In this document: positions 12,022 through 22,039 of the stretch, in pieces
Position numbering within the stretch: position 1 is the stretch's first letter
Layout of the letters: each line of letters begins with the position of its first letter
Assembly: GCA_016929645.1 (NCBI GenBank)
Contig: JAFGIK010000028.1
Location: forward strand, 11,402-75,401
DNA length: 64,000 bases
Direction of reading: 5' to 3'
From: Candidatus Dojkabacteria bacterium
Lineage (GTDB): Bacteria > Patescibacteriota > Dojkabacteria > SC72 > JAFGCJ01
The notes under the pieces: model-generated
The model's database searches: none
What the model saw: only the letters and a program-made list of their open reading frames with translations
What the model was told of the DNA's origin: nothing
Made by a program: the position numbers and the translations under genes

Positions 12022-12049
12022 AAACAAAAGAAGACCACATAGGTCTTCC
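12022..12049 (-). terminator. Intrinsic terminator-like hairpin inside the rpoB 5' leader
   Basis: Minus strand GGAAGACC-TATGT-GGTCTTCT then TTTGTTT, about 30 nt before the rpoB ATG. Confidence 0.5.
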
Positions 12050-12130
12050 TAAAAACTTTAATAAACTTTGAAAAGACTAATATCCTTCAAAAACATTATG
12101 AGAAACTAATTTTTATTGAAAATCCCGGTG

Positions 12131-12159
12131 ATAGTAACATGTAAACGATCTTATGTCAA
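12131..12159 (-). promoter_or_regulatory. Sigma-70 promoter of rpoBC
   Basis: TTGACA(12159-12154)-17 nt-TACTAT(12136-12131) with extended TG. Confidence 0.75.
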
Positions 12160-12431
12160 ACCTGATGTTTGATATTAATCGCCAACCTGCAGCAAAAACA
12201 GTAATCTTTATACTAGACATCTACAAATTCTTATTACATTTTCTTACAATTATAGACAAAATGCAATACTGAAATACAAATGGATGAAACAGGTTATTTC
12301 CAATTACAGCATTTTCCAATTAATAACATATTTCATCTGTTTATTTTTATATTGTAAAAAGACATCACTTCTAATACAATAATTATTGATCACAAAAACA
12401 ATATATTAATGCAAATTACCAAAAAATTATC

Positions 12432-14672
12432 ATGGCAAAAAAACGAGGCCGACCAAAAACAAAAGATAACAAAACGATAAACATCAAAAGCCCTGAAACA
12501 AAAATTGCTTTAGGAATAATCCTAGCATTTATAGGGCTAATAGAAATATTGGCATTATTCATGAACGGAGTCGTGTTTGAATACATTGTTAAACTCTTTG
12601 GAGTTTCATGTTTACCATTCGGAATATCGACAATACTACTTGGAATTTATCTAATCGGAATAGATCTAAAATTCTTAACACCAAGAATCTTGTTCGGCAT
12701 ATTTCTTATGTCATCAATAATCAGCACATTCGCACACTTTATAATTCCAACAGAACTGGCGAAAGAAGTCGCCATGTCAGGTCAGGGTGGCGGACTATAT
12801 GGCTACTATATAAGCAAAATACTAATAGATTTCTTGGGAAGATTTGCAGGAATAATAGCCTTGCTGATAATGCTCCTTTTTGCTATTACAATTTTGTCAG
12901 GAATTACTTTATTACAAATCAAGGAATTTATTACAGAGAATATATTCCATAAGAAAATCACAAGGAGTCCACAAGAGGATCTTAATCTTGAAAGAAAAGA
13001 ATTAGATTCTGATTATATTGGGGAAATGGGACTCGATATGAATACCAATCCTCAGATGGATGGAGAAAACAATTCAAATCACAGCAAAAATGATATATTG
13101 ACAGATATTTCAGAAGACAATGATACCGATAATTATAATACTAATATTAACATAGATAATACTTCATCGAACTTGGATTTTTCCAATTCGAACAAAAAAG
13201 AGGAAGACGATAAAGCTGATTCAGAAAACAAACCGCACGGAATTCAATATCCAAACTGGACCTTACCATCACCAGATCTTTGCGAAGAACCTAAAGTATA
13301 TAAGACATCACCTGCACAATATAAGAAAAAAGGTGAAATCATAGAAAAAACACTGAGAAGTTTTAACATCAAAAGTAGGGTAGTTGACTATTCAGCTGGA
13401 CCAAGAGTAGTCCAATATGCCATAAGCATAACTATCGGCACAAAAGTGTCAAAGGTAAAAGCACTTGCAAACGACCTTGCTTTAGCACTCGCTGTACCTT
13501 CAGGAAGTGTACGTATTCTCACACCAATTCCTGGAACATCATATATTGGAATCGAAATACCAAATGATTCACCAAATTTCGTTAAGATCAAAGAGATTAT
13601 TACATCAAAAGAATGGAGTGAGTTTAATGGAATGATACCGTTTTCACTGGGAAAAGATGTTACTGGTAAAAACATCATATCTGACCTTACCAAAATGCCG
13701 CACATTTTGATCGCTGGTGCTACTGGCTCTGGCAAATCTATAGCTGTAAATACATTCCTTTGTGGTTCATTGATGAGCCTTTCCCCTGATCAACTCAAAT
13801 TCATTCTTGTTGATCCGAAAATGGTCGAACTGACACCATATAATGATATTCCACATTTACTAACACCTGTGATTACTGAGGTAGATAACGTGGTGAATGC
13901 ATTGCAATGGCTAGTTAACGAAATGCAGCGAAGATATAGAATACTGAAGCAAGAAAAAGTTAGAAATATCAAGCAATACAACGAATTAATGGGATATCCA
14001 GAATTACCATATATAGTTTTAGTAATCGATGAAATGGCAGACCTTATGCTCACAACTGGAGCCGAGGTCGAATCAAGAATTGTCCGTCTAGCACAAATGG
14101 CACGTGCTGTTGGAATACATCTCGTTCTCGCTACGCAAAGACCATCCGTTGATGTTATTACAGGATTAATCAAGGCCAATGTACCAGCAAGAGTTGGTAT
14201 GAGTGTTGCGACAAGCATAGATTCACGTGTAGTTATAGATATGCCAGGTGCAGAAACCTTACTTGGGAATGGAGATATGTTATTTAAAGCTCCAGATATT
14301 TCAAAACCATACAGAATTCAAGGTGCATATGTATCAAATGAAGAGATAGAAAGGATAACAGATTTCGTTAAAACTCAAGTTGACAATGTAGATTACGACG
14401 CAAACATAATCAAACCACAAACAGAAGGAGCCAAAGGAGATTCAACCGAAGGAGGAGTTTCAGATGATCCGTTATTTGCAGATGCAGTTCAAATCGTAGT
14501 GTCTTCTCAAAAAGCATCGGCATCACTATTACAAAGGAAACTAAGGATTGGCTATAATCGAGCAGCCAGATTGATGGATGAACTATACGAGAAACACGTA
14601 GTAGGACCGGAAGACGGTAGTAAAGCACGAAAAGTTTTAATAACTGATGCAAACTCATTTCTAAATAAATAA
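12432..14672 (+). CDS. ftsK: DNA translocase FtsK/SpoIIIE
   Basis: N-terminal TM helices, PHILIAGATGSGKS, IDEMADLM, ATQRPSVDVITG, gamma domain SLLQRKLRIGYNRAARL. Confidence 0.97.
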   Translation: MAKKRGRPKTKDNKTINIKSPETKIALGIILAFIGLIEILALFMNGVVFEYIVKLFGVSCLPFGISTILLGIYLIGIDLKFLTPRILFGIFLMSSIISTFAHFIIPTELAKEVAMSGQGGGLYGYYISKILIDFLGRFAGIIALLIMLLFAITILSGITLLQIKEFITENIFHKKITRSPQEDLNLERKELDSDYIGEMGLDMNTNPQMDGENNSNHSKNDILTDISEDNDTDNYNTNINIDNTSSNLDFSNSNKKEEDDKADSENKPHGIQYPNWTLPSPDLCEEPKVYKTSPAQYKKKGEIIEKTLRSFNIKSRVVDYSAGPRVVQYAISITIGTKVSKVKALANDLALALAVPSGSVRILTPIPGTSYIGIEIPNDSPNFVKIKEIITSKEWSEFNGMIPFSLGKDVTGKNIISDLTKMPHILIAGATGSGKSIAVNTFLCGSLMSLSPDQLKFILVDPKMVELTPYNDIPHLLTPVITEVDNVVNALQWLVNEMQRRYRILKQEKVRNIKQYNELMGYPELPYIVLVIDEMADLMLTTGAEVESRIVRLAQMARAVGIHLVLATQRPSVDVITGLIKANVPARVGMSVATSIDSRVVIDMPGAETLLGNGDMLFKAPDISKPYRIQGAYVSNEEIERITDFVKTQVDNVDYDANIIKPQTEGAKGDSTEGGVSDDPLFADAVQIVVSSQKASASLLQRKLRIGYNRAARLMDELYEKHVVGPEDGSKARKVLITDANSFLNK

Positions 14673-14675
14673 AAT

Positions 14676-15701
14676 ATGCTTACTGCAGGGACTATATTAA
14701 AAAAAGAAAGAGAAAAAAAAGGATATACAATCCAGGACGTATCTGCTGCAACAAAAATCCAAAGGGATTACATAACAGCACTAGAAAATGATGAGTTCGA
14801 AAAATTTCCATCATCTGTTTACGCAAAAGGTTTTTTGCAAAATTACGCGAAATTTCTTGGCATCAATTCAAACAAAGTACTTGCATTATACAGAAGAAGT
14901 CAAAGCTCTGACCCTGAGCCAACTATTTCAAAAAAAGAAGAAAAATTTAAAACACCAGCCTTTGTTATGACTCCGACAGTCCTAATTATGGGCGTTATAA
15001 TTACTCTTGTAATTGCAACAATCGGATATCTAATTATTCAATTCTATAACTTCCAAAAACCTCCGTATTTGAAAGTATCAGAGCCTGAAGGAGATATTAC
15101 AGTTACCGAAGATAGAATAGATGTAAAAGGAAAAACAGAAGTAGGAATGTTTGTTACTGTCAATGATGAATCTGTTCAAGTATCAAATAATGGAGAATTT
15201 GAAACATCAGTAAAATTAAATCCAGGCTCAAATACAATTGTCGTCAAATCACGACATCCAGACAATATTGGTAAAGAGGCAGTTGTAATACGTACAGTGG
15301 AATACAAAAACCCAGAAGACAATTCACAGGAAACAAATCCTGATAGCGATACACAAAATAATACGAATGTAACGGAAGGCGATAATACAGAGGATAATAA
15401 CCAAACTACTCAAGATGACACCACGGTTGAGAACGTCATGAACATTGTTGTAGAAGTAACAATAGATGCAGCATGGCTAGAAATCGAAATTGATGGTGAA
15501 TCAGTACTCGCACAAACTGTAACTGCACCAAACACCATGGAGTTCACAGCTAATGAAAGCTTTTACATCAGATCAGGAAAAGTCTCTTCCACATCAGTAA
15601 CAATAAATGGTGAGCCCGTAACCTTGATTAATGATGAATACGGAACTGCCAGCATTATTTGTACCCTATCTGGGGCACAATACAGTTGTACTGCCCCTTA
15701 A
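14676..15701 (+). CDS. RodZ-like protein (XRE HTH, TM, Ig-like and DUF4115-like domains)
   Basis: GTILKKEREKKG..TKIQRDYITALE..YAKGFLQNYAKFLG; single TM; follows ftsK. Confidence 0.8.
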   Translation: MLTAGTILKKEREKKGYTIQDVSAATKIQRDYITALENDEFEKFPSSVYAKGFLQNYAKFLGINSNKVLALYRRSQSSDPEPTISKKEEKFKTPAFVMTPTVLIMGVIITLVIATIGYLIIQFYNFQKPPYLKVSEPEGDITVTEDRIDVKGKTEVGMFVTVNDESVQVSNNGEFETSVKLNPGSNTIVVKSRHPDNIGKEAVVIRTVEYKNPEDNSQETNPDSDTQNNTNVTEGDNTEDNNQTTQDDTTVENVMNIVVEVTIDAAWLEIEIDGESVLAQTVTAPNTMEFTANESFYIRSGKVSSTSVTINGEPVTLINDEYGTASIICTLSGAQYSCTAP

Positions 15702-15758
15702 AATTCACATGCGAAGCTATTTAAAGCATTAAAACAATAAATTGACAGACACTGCTTA

Positions 15759-17588
15759 ATGACAGCAAACAATCCAGCATTCAAAGGATTTGATCGACAA
15801 GTAATAGAAGAAATAAAAGATAGAATTCCGATAGATACGGTTGTAAAAAGATATGTTAGATTAAAGAATATTGGCCGAAATCTTTTTGGAAAATGTCCAT
15901 TTCACACTGAAGATACACCATCATTTTCAGTCAATCCGGAATTAAAAATATATAAATGTTTTGGATGTGGCGAACATGGTGATGTTATTTCATTTCTTCA
16001 AAAAATCGAGAATCTTGAGTTTCCTGAAGTAATCACAAGGCTCGCAAAGGAAGCTGGAATCCAAATTAAAACTTCAAATATTTCTGACAAAAATTATAAA
16101 ACAATAGTAGAAGCAAAAAATATTTACGAGTTAGTTCAAAAATTTTTTACTTACTACTTAAACGATAAGAACAAAGGACTAAAAGCCCGCAAGTATTTAG
16201 AAAACAGAAACTTATCATCTAAGTCAAGTCAATGTTTCGAAATAGGATATGCACCAACAAGCGAAAACAATGATATTCTTACCAAATTCCTAATAAAGAA
16301 AGGAATCCCTGAGTCTAAACTCATTGAATATGGATTATCAACACAGAAGTGGAAATATTTGCGGGATAGATTTTATGACAGAATAATGTTTCCAATACAA
16401 AATACTTCAGGAAACATATTGGCTTTCAGCGGTAGAGTTCTTGATAAGGACGATAAAAGGCCAAAATATTTAAACTCACCAGAAACAGTAATATTCAAGA
16501 AGAGATATAATTTATTTGGAATTTTTCAAGCACGAAAATATATCTCAGATAAGGATTTTGTAATACTTCATGAAGGACAGACCGACGTCATTTCAGATTT
16601 TTCAATTGGAATAAGAAACGCTGTTGCACCTCTTGGCACGGGTCTCACAAAGGAACAGCTACAAATACTTAGTCGATATACAAAAAATATTGCAATTGCG
16701 TTTGATTCTGATGCTGCAGGAATCAAAGCGTCTGTCAGAGCTGCAGCTCTTGCCTACGAACAGGGATTTAACGTGTTTATCATAAATATACCTTATGGAA
16801 AAGATGCAGATGAATGCATTCGCCATGATAAAAAACTATGGATAACTGCAGTGAAAAATAGAACTCCTGCCATTTCAAATTTTATCGGAAAATTAACAGA
16901 AAGGGTTGATCCTTCTTCAGTTCAAGGCAAAAAGATAATCCTTACCAAAATACTTCCAATAATAAATATTATTACTGATAAGGTAGTTCAAGATCATTTT
17001 ATCAAGGAGATAAGTGCTGTTATTGATACACCTGAGGATTTGATCAAGCAAGAACTAAGAAATCTTTCAAAAAGGAGCGCATACTCAACTACATCACAAA
17101 GCCCCCAAAAACCTGGCAAAATGGCAAAAGCGTTACCAAATCAACCAAACATCAATACGTTTTCACATGAAACATATCTCTTAAGATTATTTTGTTCTGA
17201 TCCAAAATTGTTTACCAAAGAAAATCTTGATATTGATCTAAATTTTTTCCAAGATGAGTTCATAAAGAAGATTTTTGAAATAATCAAGAATGAAAAAGTT
17301 GAGTCTCTAGATAATTTATTTGGCCAACTGAGCACTGAAGAGCAAGATTCGTTGAAAAACCTTATCATGAATCCAGATCAACAATTATTGTCAAATGATA
17401 ATTTAAACGAGATTCAAAAAGAAATATCTGATACAATAGCCCAAATAAAAACCAATGGATTAAAGATCAAATATGAAGAAGTCAGAAGAGAATTGAAACG
17501 TGCAGAAATTAGTAATGATATTAAAAAAGCAACTGAATTATCTGAAAAACTGAATGAACTTGGACGCAAAATTAAAAACAAGAATTAA
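15759..17588 (+). CDS. dnaG: DNA primase
   Basis: CPFHTEDTPSF..CFGCG zinc finger, KYLNSPET, EGQTDV, FDSDAAG, KDADE. Confidence 0.97.
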   Translation: MTANNPAFKGFDRQVIEEIKDRIPIDTVVKRYVRLKNIGRNLFGKCPFHTEDTPSFSVNPELKIYKCFGCGEHGDVISFLQKIENLEFPEVITRLAKEAGIQIKTSNISDKNYKTIVEAKNIYELVQKFFTYYLNDKNKGLKARKYLENRNLSSKSSQCFEIGYAPTSENNDILTKFLIKKGIPESKLIEYGLSTQKWKYLRDRFYDRIMFPIQNTSGNILAFSGRVLDKDDKRPKYLNSPETVIFKKRYNLFGIFQARKYISDKDFVILHEGQTDVISDFSIGIRNAVAPLGTGLTKEQLQILSRYTKNIAIAFDSDAAGIKASVRAAALAYEQGFNVFIINIPYGKDADECIRHDKKLWITAVKNRTPAISNFIGKLTERVDPSSVQGKKIILTKILPIINIITDKVVQDHFIKEISAVIDTPEDLIKQELRNLSKRSAYSTTSQSPQKPGKMAKALPNQPNINTFSHETYLLRLFCSDPKLFTKENLDIDLNFFQDEFIKKIFEIIKNEKVESLDNLFGQLSTEEQDSLKNLIMNPDQQLLSNDNLNEIQKEISDTIAQIKTNGLKIKYEEVRRELKRAEISNDIKKATELSEKLNELGRKIKNKN

Positions 17589-17632
17589 TGAAAAATAAAA
17601 CTCAAATATTTTAATTGTTCTGACAAATATAA

Positions 17633-18592
17633 ATGACCAAACAACCAGAAGTCTCTGACTATGATAAAAGCAAATATGATTACACTACGTATTGGAAATC
17701 AAGAGAATACGAGCATCAGGCCGAAACTGCATTACTTGATAGGATTTTCAAAAGAAAAAACGGACAATGGATAATCGATATAGGTGGAGGATTTGGTCGT
17801 CTTGTTAAAACATATCACCAGAAATACCACAAATTTATAATTTGTGATTATTCTACAGAACTTCTTAACAAAGCACAGATACAATTACGGGAACAAGGTA
17901 TCAAAAATGGATTCTTTGTAGCTGCTAATATCTATAATTTACCCTTTAAGCAGGACATTATAGATACAGTTTTAATGGTCAGAGTGGCTCATCATCTGGA
18001 AGATATTTCAAAGGCGGTAAATGAACTTACACGGATCATAATGCCAAAAGGAGATATTGTGCTCGAGTTTGCAAATAAATTACATATTAAAAATCGATTA
18101 AAGCACCTGCTTAAATTTGATTTTGATTTTTTTTTCTCAGGCAAGCCATATAAGCATAAAACTGGAGAAAATGCTGAAGGTACGGATCGGAAATCACCAG
18201 GAATCTTCTACAACTTTGATTACAGACATTTAAAACGGGAGATAGTTTCACATGAAATGACAATCAAAAGAACTTATCCTCTCTCATTTTTTAGAATAAA
18301 CCTTGCAAAAAAATTAATACCTTTAAAATTATTAATTTTTCTTGAAAAACTTGCTCAAAATATTTTATTCTGGACTAAAATAACTCCAAGTGTGGTCATA
18401 GAAGCGTCAAAACAAGTTAAGCGTAAACAAACAGCTGAAAGAAAATCTATTGAATCGATTATCTGTTGCCCAAATTGCAAAGGAGATTTTAAACAACAAG
18501 GAAGACTATTCATATGTAACAAATGCAATCTTAAATTCAAAGAATCTAATAATATAATTGACCTGAGATACCCCAATCTAAATGAATCTTAA
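17633..18592 (+). CDS. Class I SAM methyltransferase with C-terminal Trm112-like zinc finger
   Basis: IIDIGGGFGR motif I; C-terminus ICCPNCKG..CNKC..F...NNIIDL. Confidence 0.8.
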   Translation: MTKQPEVSDYDKSKYDYTTYWKSREYEHQAETALLDRIFKRKNGQWIIDIGGGFGRLVKTYHQKYHKFIICDYSTELLNKAQIQLREQGIKNGFFVAANIYNLPFKQDIIDTVLMVRVAHHLEDISKAVNELTRIIMPKGDIVLEFANKLHIKNRLKHLLKFDFDFFFSGKPYKHKTGENAEGTDRKSPGIFYNFDYRHLKREIVSHEMTIKRTYPLSFFRINLAKKLIPLKLLIFLEKLAQNILFWTKITPSVVIEASKQVKRKQTAERKSIESIICCPNCKGDFKQQGRLFICNKCNLKFKESNNIIDLRYPNLNES

Positions 18593-19397
18593 GAATAAGG
18601 ACCTAGGACAAAATTTTCTTGTTAATCGAGATATTATTTCAAGAATTGTCTCACAAATAAAACCTGAAGAAGACGAGACTTTTATCGAAATTGGACCAGG
18701 TCTTGGAGCAATAACAGTTCCACTGGCAAGTAAGGTTAAAAAGATAATTGCTGTCGAAATTGATTCAAGATTACATCTTTTGCTTAATAGTGATATTGAG
18801 AAGTTTAAAATCAAAAATATTAAATTAATTAATGAAGATATTTTAAAAGTTAATCTTGAAAAGATTCTTGAAAAAGAAAACATTCAAAAATATCGAGTTT
18901 ATGGTTCACTGCCATACAGTATTTCAAAACAGATAATTAAGCAATTTCTAACGTATGACAAAAAAAAACCAAAGGATCTTACATTTATAATTCAAAAAGA
19001 AGTTGCAATGAATTATATTCAAGCTCCTCCGAAAGCTACTTTCCTGTATCACATGAGCGAAATATACTCCCATAAACAAATTTTAATGAATATTGCACCC
19101 AAAAACTTTAGACCTATTCCAAAAGTTGAGAGCTCATTAATTAAATTTGAATTGAAAACTAAGACAGATATTGATAATCCAGAGCAGTATATTAAATTCG
19201 TAAAAATTCTTTTTACTCATCCGAGAAAAACAATTCTAAATAATTTACGAACGTTAAATAAAAATTTGCTAAATAAATCGAAATTCGAACATGACAATGA
19301 AATTACAATGATCTTGAGCAAACGAGCAGCAGAGTGTAGTAAAGAAGAACTTTTTCAGCTTTTCCCTATTTTCCTGCAATTAACAGACAGGGCTTAA
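18582..19397 (+). CDS. rsmA: 16S rRNA dimethyladenosine transferase RsmA/KsgA
   Basis: LGQNFL, EIGPGLGAIT, GSLPYSIS, IQKEVA, FRPIPKVES. Confidence 0.93.
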   Translation: MNLKNKDLGQNFLVNRDIISRIVSQIKPEEDETFIEIGPGLGAITVPLASKVKKIIAVEIDSRLHLLLNSDIEKFKIKNIKLINEDILKVNLEKILEKENIQKYRVYGSLPYSISKQIIKQFLTYDKKKPKDLTFIIQKEVAMNYIQAPPKATFLYHMSEIYSHKQILMNIAPKNFRPIPKVESSLIKFELKTKTDIDNPEQYIKFVKILFTHPRKTILNNLRTLNKNLLNKSKFEHDNEITMILSKRAAECSKEELFQLFPIFLQLTDRA

Positions 19398-19428
19398 GAA
19401 TTCTCCTGAATGTTATATAATACTTCCA

Positions 19429-19980
19429 ATGAAAAAAATGATTCACACAAAAGAAGAAATTACTAAAATAACTAATACTAATACAAAAACTCGAAAATCA
19501 GTCCTCGATCAACGCACAGCGAATAAAAATAGCAAGCAGGAAATTGAGACACAACTTGATCTTGGAATTAAATACAAGGGCAATCCATTAATTGACCGAT
19601 TTAAAAATGACGCAAGAAAAAAGCTTAGAATTCTTGAATTATTCATATATTGGAGATCTGCTATTTTATGGTTTTTATTTTTTCTAAATACTGTAGCACC
19701 TTACTTTCTGTATACAAAATTTGCAGAGAAACTCTCTAAGCTGGATTATAAATTTCCTTTGTTTTACTACTTACCAGTCAAAAAGGATCGATTGATAACA
19801 AAAGAAGATCTTCTATTTTTTTTAATTACGTTTGCAATTGTGCAACTAGTTGGAGTTGCATTGGGAAGTAAGGTTTATTTCAAATCAAAAGATATTTCAT
19901 ATTTGCTTATTATTACTCAGATCTTATCTTCGATTTTTGTCTATTTAGGTTTGTATAAATCCTTGTTAATGATATTTTAA
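19429..19980 (+). CDS. Hypothetical membrane protein (about 3 TM), probably leaderless
   Basis: Hydrophobic segments; TATAAT(19416-19421) 7 nt before the ATG. Confidence 0.7.
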   Translation: MKKMIHTKEEITKITNTNTKTRKSVLDQRTANKNSKQEIETQLDLGIKYKGNPLIDRFKNDARKKLRILELFIYWRSAILWFLFFLNTVAPYFLYTKFAEKLSKLDYKFPLFYYLPVKKDRLITKEDLLFFLITFAIVQLVGVALGSKVYFKSKDISYLLIITQILSSIFVYLGLYKSLLMIF

Positions 19981-20059
19981 TGAATTCGCAATATGTCGAG
20001 AAAATTAAAACATTGTTAAATAAACATATTAAATTAAGATAAATAAGACCTACAACGAA

Positions 20060-21250
20060 ATGTTCAATCTCGTACAAACAATCAACAATTACCTACCAGA
20101 TAACTACCACCCATATACCAAGTATTTACCATTGTTTCTGATTTCTATTTTAATTACATTGTTTTCCACACCAATCGCTGGTTATGTTGCTCGAAAATTC
20201 AATATAATAGGAAAACCACCAAGTCAAAGAGACGGAAAGAAATTTTCAGACAGAAGACACCTAGAAAAGCAACCATTACCAAAATTTGGAGGAACAGCCG
20301 TAATTATTCCTCTATTAATAATTTGCTTTGTAACACTAAAACCTGATACAAATTTACTTTTTCTTCTTGCAGGGGTTTCCGTACTAGTAGTAATGGGAAT
20401 TATTGACGATATTTACGAAATCTCAGCAACCGCTCAATATTCTGCTCAAATGATTGCTGCAATACTAATATTCATTTCACCAATGAATTTATCATTTATT
20501 TCTACTCCTTTTGGTGGGACAATAGATCTAGATTGGTGGAACTTTTTGGGAAAAATTGGTGAAATCCCATTCGAGATAATTCTGCCAGGAGATTTGTTTC
20601 TAATTGGATGGATTTTAGTATGTATTAACGCCGTAAAATGGGTAGGTGGTGCTGATGGGTTAATTGAAGGTAATTCATTTCTTGGATTCTTGGCACTATT
20701 TTTACTAAGTGTCAGAGTAAACGAACAAATTCCTGCAACAGTAAGCATCACTATGGCAGGTCTTTTATTTGGATTTTTGTTTTACAACTTCAAACCGGCA
20801 AAAATTATGAGCGGTTCCCCTGGTAAATCAACATATGGATACATTCTTGCCGTACTAGGCTTGCTTAGCGGTGCAAAAATTATGTTAACTATGATCATAC
20901 TAATGATGCCTTTGACCGATTTTGTTATTGTTATTGTTGGAAGAATAATCAAATACAAACCAAAATCATTTAAGCAGCTTATGTCCATTAGTGATCAATC
21001 ACATTTACATCATAGACTTCTCAATCTTGGTTTAACTGAATCAACGGTGGCTTTCGTAGAATATCTGATTTCTGCAGTTATGGCTGCAATTGCACTTGCA
21101 TTTTCTGGAGCGATGAAAGGATTTGCCCTGCTATTAGCATTTATTATAATCGCAATATTTACATATCTCATTTTCAAGGTTGCTAACAAGATCCGTAAAG
21201 AGAAAAACAAACCGCAAGGAGACACTCCAGAACAAAAATATTCATACTAA
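20060..21250 (+). CDS. MraY/WecA/TagO-family polyprenyl-phosphate sugar-1-phosphate transferase
   Basis: PKFGGTA, GIIDDI, NAVKWVGGADGL, YNFKPAKIMSG, DQSHLHHRL; multi-TM. Confidence 0.88.
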   Translation: MFNLVQTINNYLPDNYHPYTKYLPLFLISILITLFSTPIAGYVARKFNIIGKPPSQRDGKKFSDRRHLEKQPLPKFGGTAVIIPLLIICFVTLKPDTNLLFLLAGVSVLVVMGIIDDIYEISATAQYSAQMIAAILIFISPMNLSFISTPFGGTIDLDWWNFLGKIGEIPFEIILPGDLFLIGWILVCINAVKWVGGADGLIEGNSFLGFLALFLLSVRVNEQIPATVSITMAGLLFGFLFYNFKPAKIMSGSPGKSTYGYILAVLGLLSGAKIMLTMIILMMPLTDFVIVIVGRIIKYKPKSFKQLMSISDQSHLHHRLLNLGLTESTVAFVEYLISAVMAAIALAFSGAMKGFALLLAFIIIAIFTYLIFKVANKIRKEKNKPQGDTPEQKYSY

Positions 21251-21403
21251 ATAAACACTAGTAGGACTTCCGAAAAAATAACAATATATCAATTTCTCAT
21301 AAATCTTCCATTTTTTACAATGATTTCATTGAATGTACCATTTCTGTCATATTCCTGTTAGACTGTAATACAATCATTGATTTTTCTAAAAGTGAAATTT
21401 ATA

Positions 21404-22039
21404 ATGAACATTATGAAAAAAGTCATTGTCAAAATTGTATTAGCCCTACTAGTTGTAGGTTTATTTATGGCATTATCACTGTCACAACCCTGGAAATACC
21501 TTTTTGAATCATCACTATTTAATAATGGTGCAGCGTTAACTGTTAATTCTCCAGGTGGCAAGGCTGATGTGTATTTAGATGGTAAAAAAATCGGTGAGAC
21601 ACCATATTCATCAGCGAATTTAAAATCAGGTGAGTATCAAATTGAACTTCGAAGAGAAACTGAAAGTTCTGATTTCTATCAATCAATCGGACGAAAAATT
21701 AATTTGGAGCCAGACACACGAGCTTTTATCGAAGCAGAGATCGGTCCAACTGAAGAATTTAGCTCTCTTAAAGTTGCATATTACCAAAAATCTCAAAATT
21801 CCAAACCAACAATACTTTTAGACATCACTCCTAAAGATGCAGATTTATGGATAGATGGTGAAAAGACATCAATCTCAGATTCAAACATAGTCACTCTTAG
21901 CGAAGGAGAACATACTGTTAAGGTTGAACAAACTGGCTATGAACCATTAGACGTAGAGGTTATATCGAGAAGTGGTTACACCCTTATCGTCGAAGTTAAA
22001 TTAATGACAAAACCAATAGATCTATTAAAAAATGAGTAA
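21404..22039 (+). CDS. PEGA-domain protein with N-terminal anchor
   Basis: VNSPGGKADVYLDGKKIGETP and ITPKDADLWIDG..GEHTVKVEQTGYEP. Confidence 0.85.
   Translation: MNIMKKVIVKIVLALLVVGLFMALSLSQPWKYLFESSLFNNGAALTVNSPGGKADVYLDGKKIGETPYSSANLKSGEYQIELRRETESSDFYQSIGRKINLEPDTRAFIEAEIGPTEEFSSLKVAYYQKSQNSKPTILLDITPKDADLWIDGEKTSISDSNIVTLSEGEHTVKVEQTGYEPLDVEVISRSGYTLIVEVKLMTKPIDLLKNE

Noticed and set aside
17296-17307. Possible fifth copy of the dispersed repeat in dnaG (AAGTTGAGTCTC)
   Set aside because: Only 12 nt match; could be chance
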